Positions 12,347 to 20,633 of a stretch of DNA of 33,669 bases are shown here, piece by piece (the first letter of the stretch is position 1; every line of letters starts with the position of its first letter). Both the position numbers and the translations under genes were made by a program. Source of the DNA: Macrostomum lignano (Eukaryota); assembly GCA_002269645.1 (NCBI GenBank), contig NIVC01004027.1:1-33669 (forward strand), given 5' to 3'. The notes beneath the pieces are model-generated. The model was not told the origin of the DNA, ran no database searches, and saw only the letters and a list, made by a program, of their open reading frames with translations.

Positions 12347-13428
12347 TCATTTGCCGTGCAGCTCCGGCAAAATTCGGCCCTTCTTTTTTGCGCGCTCGAT
12401 TTTGCGCTTTACTCGCGCCTCCCGCGCGCCCGAATGTTGGCGCGCCGGCGCTCCTGGCGCTCCGTCTGGCGCTGCTCCACGCCGGCCTGGCGCTCCTGCC
12501 ATTTGCGCGCCTTCACGCGCCGCATCTTCGCCTGGCGCTTGGCTGTGCGCGCCAGCCGGGCCGGGTCGTCCTTCACCTTCACGCCCTCGGCGCGGGCCAT
12601 TGCGCGCTCCCACCGCGCCTTCTCCTCCAGGCGGGCCGCCGCCTCGGGATTGGAAGATTTCATCGCCTCGATGCGGCGCCGCTGACGCTCGAGGTCGGCG
12701 CCGGCGGTGGTGGGCACCAGGCGGCGCTCCAGCTGCTTGCGCTGCCGCTTGCGCGTCTCGGCGGCGGCCCGGCTGCCGGTGGTCTCCGAGCCCAGCAGCT
12801 CCTCCTTGGCAACCAGGTCGAACTTTGAGTACAAGATTTTGCCGTCTTTGTTGTACTTGGCCTGGCTGCCCGACTGCTGCTTCTGCTGCTGCTGGTTCGG
12901 CTGAGTCTCATTGGCGGCCGCCAGGTTTTGCACCCGGCGCTTCAGGGTCGCCTCTTTGCGCTTCAGGCTGCGCCGCTTCTTGCCGCGGTCGCCAGAAGCC
13001 GTGGGTTGCGCGTTTCGCTGCTGGCGCAGCTGCTCCATGCGGGACTGCAGCTTCTGCTGCAGCTCCTGCCTGGTGGCCGCCGCCTTCTCCGACTTCGATG
13101 GCTGCTGCTGAGTAGCCAGCTTCATCACTGGCTCAACGACGGATGAAGAATGTGAAACTGTCGAGTCAGTTTTCAGTTTCTTCTGCTTTTTCTTCGACAC
13201 CTGATTGAGCTTGCCGAGGGCCGTCAGGACTTTGGCCGGGTCGGCGAAGTCCGGATCGAAGCGGAGCCGCCGAATGCCGCCGCCGCTGCCCAGGCGGTTC
13301 AGCTGCTGGCGCTGCTCGGAGCTGAGGTACAGCGACACCGGCAGCAGGCCGAGACAGCGGGACAGCTGGCTGGCGGCATCGGCTGCTGCGGAGTCTGCCG
13401 CGGATTCCGAGGCTGTTGTCGCTTCCAT
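12347..13428 (-). CDS. SURF6: Surfeit locus protein 6 (nucleolar, Rrp14-like), about 360 aa, one apparent frameshift at about 12421-12425
   Basis: ILYSKFD, W..AMARAEGVKVKDDPARL, K.RKWQER and RANIRAR motifs. The conserved basic tail KRKIERAKKKGRIL lies in the adjacent frame (ORF 12347..12613) and is reached by one extra base. Confidence 0.9.
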
Positions 13429-13479
13429 GAATGCGTTCGGTAATGGTTCAAATAAAAAAATGTCCTTTTACACTACTAG

Positions 13480-13486
13480 CTGAAAA
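13480..13486 (-). promoter_or_regulatory. Strong 3' splice acceptor (TTTTCAG) 51 nt upstream of the SURF6 ATG; candidate trans-splice site
   Basis: The minus strand reads CAAACTACTTTTCAG|CTAG. No upstream coding exon is needed for SURF6. Confidence 0.45.
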
Positions 13487-13562
13487 GTAGTTTGAACGAG
13501 TGTCACTATCCGATCACTTTATTAAGAGGCTGACTAGGGCAATTTTTGAGCACCAAAGGATG

Positions 13563-13920
13563 GCTGAATGGCGATTCTTGAAGAGTGAATGGCGATTCCT
13601 GAGGAGTGAATGGCGATTCATGAGGGGTGAATGGCGATTCTTGAAGAGTGAATGGCTGGCGATTCATGAGGGGTGAATGGCGATTCTTGAGGAGTGAACG
13701 GCGATTCTTGAGGAGTGAATGGCGATTCTTGAGGAGTGAATGGCGATTCATGAGGGGTGAATGGCGATTCTTGAAGAGTGAATAGCTGGCGATTCATGAG
13801 GAGTGAATGGCGATTCTTGAGGAGTGAATGGCGATTCATGAGGAGTGAATGGCGATTATTGAGGAGTGAATGGCGATTCATGAGGAGTGAATGGCGATTA
13901 TTGAGGAGTGAATGTCGATT
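13563..13920. repeat. 21-bp minisatellite (GAGTGAATGGCGATTCTTGAG)n, about 17 copies
   Basis: Directly visible, immediately upstream of SURF6. Confidence 0.95.
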
Positions 13921-14684
13921 TTTGAAAGGGGAAAAATGGCCAGGTGTCACAGCACTTGAGGACTGAAGGGCGATTCGTGTGACCCAAAAGGGGGGCGGCT
14001 GGGAGCGAGGCAAACGGGAAAGGCCAGAGAGAAAGTGTAAAAAAATGCCGAGTTCCCAAAGCTCGGAGGCAGTTGCTGATTAAACACAGCACAGAAAAAA
14101 CGCATCAAAAGTGAGGCAGAGAAACCCGTCTGGATGGCAAAAAGTCTCCGCTGCAGCCGTGCCCGGAACGGTTATTAAACTAATTAATTGTGCTCAGCCA
14201 CTACCACTAATGACTCTCTCTATCCTCACCTGCGTGAGAACTCCACAGTAAATTAAAACTTGTTTCGAACTAATAGGAAAATAATATTTTATCAAACGGA
14301 GTCCAATGTATTTTACAGTTTTAATCTCATTACACAAAATATGATTTATTACTTAAATTGAAGTAAACTGTAAATGCGATCATACAGTAACAAGCAGGTA
14401 CGGGTTTGTATAGGCAATCATTGACATAGGCTTCTCAACACTAATACATTTCAGACTAACACTTGACAAGCTTCACGAACACTGACTCAATGATGAGTTG
14501 GCTCCGTGACTTCCAGTGCTGCTAGTAAGAGCTAGGAAGGACTCAGATTAACGGTGCTCTGACACCCCTTCCCACGAGACTTACAAGGCTTTTTGGGCTT
14601 TTAGGCTTGAAATCTGTAAATCGCTGAGATTAACAAATATTCTCAGTTCCACTAATCTAAATCTCCAATCCGTAAACTTTCCAA

Positions 14685-15541
14685 TGTTCCCAGACTTTCC
14701 AATCCCCAAGCTTCCCCTTCCCGCAGACTTCCCAATCCCCAAGCTTCCCATCCCCCGACTTCCCGATCCCCAAGCTTCCCCATCCCTCAGACTTCCCAAT
14801 CTCCAAGCTTCCCCATCCCTCAGACTTCCCAATCCCCAAGCTTCCCCCATCCCTCAGACTTCGCAATCCCCAAGCTTCCCCATCCCTCAGACTTCGCAAT
14901 CCCCAAGCTTCCCCATCCCTCAGACTTCCCAATCTCCAAGCTTCCCCCATCCCTCAGACTTCGCAATCCCCAAGCTTCCCCATCCCTCAGACTTCCCAAT
15001 CTCCAAGCTTCCCCATCCCTCAGACTTCCCAATCTCCAAGCTTCCCCATCCCTCAGACTTCCCAATCCCCAAGCTTCCCCATCCCTCAGACTTCCCAATC
15101 CCCAAGCTTCCCCCATCCCTCAGACTTCGCAATCCCCAAGCTTCCCCATCCCTCAGACTTCCCAATCTCCAAGCTTCCCCATCCCTCAGACTTCGCAATC
15201 CCCAAGCTTCCCCATCCCTCAGACTTCCCAATCCCCAAGCTTCCCCCATCCCTCAGACTTCGCAATCCCCAAGCTTCCCCCATCCCTCAGACTTCCCAAT
15301 CTCCAAGCTTCCCCATCCCTCAGACTTCCCAATCTCCAAGCTTCCCCATCCCTCAGACTTCCCAATCTCCAAGCTTCCCCCATCCCTCAGACTTCCCAAT
15401 CCCTAAGCTTCCCCATCCCTCAGACTTCCCAATCTCCAAGCTTCCACATCCCTCAGACTTCCTAATCCCCAAGCTTCCCCATCCCTCAGACTTCTCAATC
15501 TCCAAGCTTCCCCATCCCTCAGACTTCGCAATCCCCAAGCT
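14685..15541. repeat. 33/34-bp minisatellite (CATCCCTCAGACTTCCCAATC[C/T]CCAAGCTTCCC[C])n, about 25 copies
   Basis: Directly visible. It starts about 9 nt after the SERGEF stop codon. Confidence 0.96.
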
Positions 15542-15549
15542 GAAATTTC

Positions 15550-16248
15550 TCAAGCCGAGTTTCCCACCAGCTCAAAGTCCGGCTCTCCCTGATGCTCAGA
15601 CAGCAGCGCAAAAGTGCAGCCGCCGCCAGCGAAGACGGCAGCGGGATCGGCCGGGATCCGCGCCACCGGCCGCGGCTCGGACAGGAACTCGGCGTCCGAG
15701 TCAGCGCCGCAGATGCCGTGCTCGTTCCAGCCCCAGCACAGCAGCAGCCGCTTGGCACCAGCCGCAACCAGGCAGGCCGAGTGCTCGGAGCCGCAGGCGG
15801 CCTGCAGGACTCGCCAGCCGGCCGGCGTGGCCACCGGGAGCGGCCGCCAGGCGTCTCCAGACCGGCCCAGCTGGCCGAGGTCGCGGCGGCCCCAGCTGAG
15901 CAGGCGGCCGCTGCAGGTCAGCAGCAGCAGGTGGGACCAGCCCGAGTGCAGCGACACGATCGGATCCGCTGTCTGCTCCGCCCCCTGATCCGCTGTCTGC
16001 TCCGCCCCCTGATCCGCTGTCTGCTCCGCCCCATCAGCCGCCAGCGCACCCAGCGGCACGGGCCTGTCGAACGCGATTCCCAATTCGGGCGGCCGGCCGC
16101 ACTGGCCGTGCCGATTGTCGCCCCAGACGAAGAGTCTGCCGGGCCCGGCGGTGAGCACGGCTGTGTGGCCGGTGCCCGCTGCTGCAGCCACCGCCGGCTC
16201 CGACAGCGACTCCACCAGGCCTGGCTCCGGGCCGCCCGAGCGACCGAG
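15550..16248 (-). CDS. SERGEF: SERGEF/DelGEF-like RCC1-repeat protein, 3' coding exon
   Basis: Acceptor AAAATTTCCAG|CTC at 16249-16251. Motifs AAGTGHTAVL, VWGDNRHGQCG, SGWSHL, WGRRDLGQLGR, CGSEH and WGWNEHGICG occur in the same order as in SERGEF. Confidence 0.85.
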   Translation of the reverse strand, partial: LGRSGGPEPGLVESLSEPAVAAAAGTGHTAVLTAGPGRLFVWGDNRHGQCGRPPELGIAFDRPVPLGALAADGAEQTADQGAEQTADQGAEQTADPIVSLHSGWSHLLLLTCSGRLLSWGRRDLGQLGRSGDAWRPLPVATPAGWRVLQAACGSEHSACLVAAGAKRLLLCWGWNEHGICGADSDAEFLSEPRPVARIPADPAAVFAGGGCTFALLSEHQGEPDFELVGNSA

Positions 16249-16337
16249 CTGGAAATTTTCAATCAACATTCAATACATGCTTTGTGAACCCCCTACCTCT
16301 TCTACGCCCCTTCAATCCACCCTCATCTTCCGCTTCG

Positions 16338-16690
16338 CCTCCGCCCCTACAATCCTCCCTCTACCTACGCTCCGCCCCTACAATCCTCCCTCTACCTACG
16401 CTCCGCCCCTACAATCCTCCCTCTACCTACGCTCCGCCCCTACAATCCTCCCTCTACCTACGCTCCGCCCCTACAATCCTCCCTCTACCTACGCTCCGCC
16501 CCTACAATCCTCCCTCTACCTACGCTCCGCCCCTACAATCCTCCCTCTACCTACGCTCCGCCCCTACAATCCTCCCTCTACCTACGCTCCGCCCCTACAA
16601 TCCTCCCTCTACCTACGCTCCGCCCCTACAATCCTCCCTCTACCTACGCTCCGCCCCTACAATCCTCCCTCTACCTACGCTCCGCCCCCT
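16338..16690. repeat. 31-bp intronic minisatellite (CTCCGCCCCTACAATCCTCCCTCTACCTACG)n, about 11 copies, inside SERGEF intron 16249..16722
   Basis: Directly visible. The intron is bounded by CAG|GTGCGA and TTTCCAG|, and splicing restores the RCC1 motif GQ|LG in phase 0. Confidence 0.93.
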
Positions 16691-16722
16691 CTATTCGCCC
16701 TACTTCCGCTCTGCTCTCGCAC

Positions 16723-17820
16723 CTGTCCCCGCCGTCCGCAGCCCCAGGTGACGACCCGCCCCAGCCGGCGGGTGCAGGCCACGCCGTGCCGCATGCCTGC
16801 CGCGCTGACGGCGATCCCCTCGTCCCCGACCTCCGCTGGCATCGGCACCAGCGCGGGCTGGCGGCAAACCCGGGCTCCGCCTCCACCGCCGAGTCCGCAC
16901 TGGCCCCGGCTGTTGTTCCCCAGCGCCCACAGGCGGGCGTCGGCGTCCAACAGCAGGCTGAAATCCCAGCCAGCCGAGGCGGCGACAATTCTTGGCGCAG
17001 CGGCGAGCGAAGGCGCGGGGGCGAACAGGAGGCCGCCGGAGCCGCCCGCCTGGCCGCACTGGTCCCAGCCGCAGGACAGCGGCGTCCGCAGTTCGCCGCC
17101 CAAAATTATCGAATGGCCGCCGCCGATAACAACGGAAATTGAGCCAAACGTTTGACCGGAAGTAGACACGGATGCCTGCCCGGAAGTAGACACGGATGTT
17201 TGACCGGAAGTAGACACGGATGTTTGACCGGAAGTAGACACGGATGCCTGCCCGGAAGTAGACACGGATGTTTGACCGGAAGTAGACACGGATGTTTGAC
17301 CGGAAGTAGACATGGATGTTTGGCCGGAAGTAGACACGGATGTTTGACCGGAAGTAGACACGGATGCCTGCCCGGAAGTAGACACGGATGCCTGCCCGGA
17401 AGTAGACACGGATGTTTGACCGGAAGTAGACACGGATGTTTGACCGGAAGTAGACATGGATGTTTGGCCGGAAGTAGACACGGATGTTTGACCGGAAGTA
17501 GACATGGATGTTTGGCCGGAAGTAGACACGGATGTTTGACCGGAAGTAGACACGGATGTTTGACCGGAAGTAGACACAGATGTTTGGCCGGAACTCATGT
17601 CTAACACGTCACCGGAAGTGGATTCCAATTTAGCTTCAAGATCTGTATTAGAAATAATACCGGAAGTGCAATCGGAAATGCTAGACGCCAGAGAAACCGC
17701 GGCTGGCCGGCCGGAATCGATGGCATGGCCTTGGCCGAGCTGCCCGTAGGAATTGGCGCCCCAGCTGAACAGGCGTCCGAAAGGAAGCGGCCGCGCTGCC
17801 CGACTCTGGCCGAGATGCGA
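16723..17820 (-). CDS. SERGEF: SERGEF/DelGEF-like RCC1-repeat protein, 5' coding exon (start codon unresolved)
   Basis: The frame of ORF 16675..17628 stays open upstream to 17856 and encodes LFSWGANSYGQLGQGH (about 17772-17725). It continues through GGGHS, SAGWDFS, GNNSRGQCG, AAGMRHGVA and WGCGRRGQ. The 5' boundary is set at acceptor AATTCCAG|TCG. Confidence 0.8.
17132..17620 (-). repeat. In-frame 24-bp array (ACTTCCGGTCAAACATCCGTGTCT)n encoding (TSGQTSVS)n; 18 near-perfect plus degenerate copies
   Basis: CCGGAAGT occurs at 17156 + 24k up to 17564, with in-register degenerate copies at 17132, 17588, 17612 and 17660. Confidence 0.95.
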
Positions 17821-18169
17821 CTGGAATTGATTGAATAAAACATTCTTTTTGACTTTTTATCAAAGTAAGAAAAAAAAGTAATTTTCGATACATATCGGCA
17901 ACGTAAGTTTATGACAACAAAAGAGTAATAATAAACGAAAAAAGGAATTAGCTAATGCTATAAAAACAGCTCACCCCGAAACTTGGGGACCAACAAGTTC
18001 ATAGCCCAGAGGCATTGGCAGTTATATTATTGTAATGCATAACGAATTTTATATGAAGATCTGCGTTATGTTGAACGCTCAGCAAATACAGCACATTGCG
18101 GAATTTAATATTGAGGCACACTTTCTCCGACGAGAGTAAGGAAGGATAAAAAGAGGGAGATAGGAAGAC

Positions 18170-18175
18170 GGAGGT

Positions 18176-18252
<77 letters not shown>

Positions 18253-18980
18253 AGAGAGAGGAAGACAGGATAGATTAAGAGAGAGACAGGGGTGAGAGGG
18301 AGACAGGGTGAGAGGGAGACAGGAGAGATTAAGAGAGAGACGGGTGAGAGGGAGACAGGGTGAGAGGGAGACAGGAGAGATTAAGAGAGAGACGGGTGAG
18401 AGGGAGACAGGGTGAGAGGGAGACAGGAGAGATTAAGAGAGAGACAGGGGTGAGAGGGAGACAGGGTGAGAGGGAGAAAGGGTGAGAGGGAGACAGGAGA
18501 GATTAAGAGAGAGACAGGGTGAGAGGGAGACAGGAGTGAGAGGGAGACAGGGTGAGAGGGAGACAGGAGAGATTAAGAGAGAGACAGGGGTGAGAGGGAG
18601 ACAGGGGTAAGAGGGAGACAGGAGAGATTAAGAGAGAGACAGGGGTGAGAGGGAGACAAGGGTGAGAGGGAGACAGGGGTAAGAGGGAGACAAGGGTGAG
18701 AGGGAGACAGGGGTAAGAGGGAGACAAGGGTGAGAGGGAGACAGGGGTAAGAGGGAGACAAGGGTGAGAGGGAGACAGGGGTAAGAGGGAGACAGGAGAG
18801 ATTAAGAGAGAGACAGGGGTGAGAGGGAGACAAGGGTGAGAGGGAGACAGGGGTAAGAGGGAGACAAGGGTGAGAGGGAGACAGGGGTAAGAGGGAGACA
18901 AGGGTGAGAGGGAGACAAGTGAGAGGGAGACGGGTGAGAGGGAGACAAGTGAGAGGGAGACAAGTGAGAGGGAGACAGGG
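18170..18980. repeat. (GA)n microsatellite followed by a 16-18-bp purine-rich satellite (GAGAGGGAGACAGGG[G]T[GA/AA])
   Basis: Directly visible. Confidence 0.93.
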
Positions 18981-19654
18981 AGATGAGGCCACACACCAGC
19001 TGCCATAATCGGTGAGTTCTGAAGGCCCCGAGTTGCCGCAGGCGCACTGAAGATTCGAATGCGCCTGCAGCCAACAGGCATGCACAGTGAACAAATACGA
19101 ATATTGATGGAATACGTTCACAAACAAAATGAGCTGGGTTATTACGGTGGACACATTAAATAAAGCATAGAGCAGGGATTAGCGCAATTAAGCACGCACA
19201 ACAGCAACCATTTCATAAATAGGCATGACCCCCAAGTTTCAACCGTCTTTCTGTTGCCACACAGTCGGAAAATGCAAAAGAGTGCGCATGCTCCCCAGTG
19301 GCAGTCAAGGCAATCTTGAATATAGAGTGCTCACAATTTGAGAACATTTCCTACGGCACCAGCCTGAGCCACTCAGCGATCCTCTTTGTGCCAGCTGGAT
19401 GGCTTTCAATCGCTTCATCGCTCCCAGCTGCCTGATTTAAAAATCGCCGACCTCTCTCTGGCTATCTATCAGGCGGGACAGAAGCCTGTCAAACTCCTGG
19501 CTGTGCTCAAACCCTTCAAGTACTGAAGCCAAGGGAGGAAGCAAATTCTGTCTCAAGGCTGTAAAGCAGCACTGATGATTCATTGCATAGAGAACCTGAG
19601 AGAACGGCTTCAACTAAATTCTGGATTGGACAAAATTCCGGCTGGGAATAACGT

Positions 19655-20480
19655 CCAGCTGGGACTAACTTCCGGTTGGGACTAACTTCTGGTTGGGACT
19701 AACTTCCGGTTGGGACCAAATTTCCGCTTGGAACTAACTTCCAGCTGGGACTAACTTCCGGTTGGGACTAACTTCCGGTTGGAACTAACTTCCGGTTGGG
19801 ACTCACTTCCGGTTGGGACTAATTTCCGCTTGGAACTAACTTCCGGTTGGGACTAACTTCCGGTTGGGACTCATTTCCGCTTGGAACTAACTTCCGGTTG
19901 GGACTAACTTGCGGTTGAGACTAATTTCCTCTCGGGACCAACTTCCAATTGGGACTAACTTCCGGTTGGGACTAATTTCCGCTTGGAACTAACTTCAGCT
20001 GGGACTAACTTCCGGTTGGAACTAACTTCCAGCTGGGACTAACTTCCGGTTGGAACTAACTTCCAGCTGGGACTAACTTCCGGTTGGAACTAACTCTTAC
20101 AGTTGGGACTAACTTCCGGTTGGAACTAACTTCCGGTTGGGACTAATTTCCGCTTGGAACTAACTTCCGGTTGGGACCAATTTCCGGTTGGGACTAACTC
20201 TTACGGTTGGGACTAACTTCCGGTTGGAACTAACTTCCGGTTGGGACTAATTTCCGCTTGGAACTAACTTCCGGTTGGGACCAATTTCCGCTTGGAACTA
20301 ACTTCCAGCTGGGACTAACTTCCAGTTGGAACTAACTTCCAGCTGGGACTAACTTCCGGTTGGGACAAACTTCCGGTTGGGACTAACTTCCGGTTGGAAC
20401 TAACTTCCAGCTGGGACCAACTTGCGGTTGAGACTAATTTCCTGTCGGGACCAACTTCCGCTTGGGACTAACTTCCGGTT
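19655..20480. repeat. 17-bp minisatellite (GGGACTAACTTCCGGTT)n, about 48 copies
   Basis: Directly visible. About 23 units retain ACTTCCGG by manual count. Confidence 0.95.
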
Positions 20481-20601
20481 GAAAAAAGCTTGCGATAAGA
20501 GCGGTTTCGTTGATACCAAGTTCTAGTTTCGATTTCACTTCCGATAAAGTATAAAGCGCAATATTTTGACTGTCTTTTAAAATGCTATTCCTGTTAGATT
20601 A

Positions 20602-20615
20602 GTTGCCATGGCAAC
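20602..20615. promoter_or_regulatory. Perfect palindromic RFX X-box GTTGCCATGGCAAC
   Basis: Exact 14-bp palindrome matching the canonical X-box, 19 nt past the TAF3 stop. Function is not shown. Confidence 0.5.
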
Positions 20616-20633
20616 GACACCCGGCAGCAGCCC

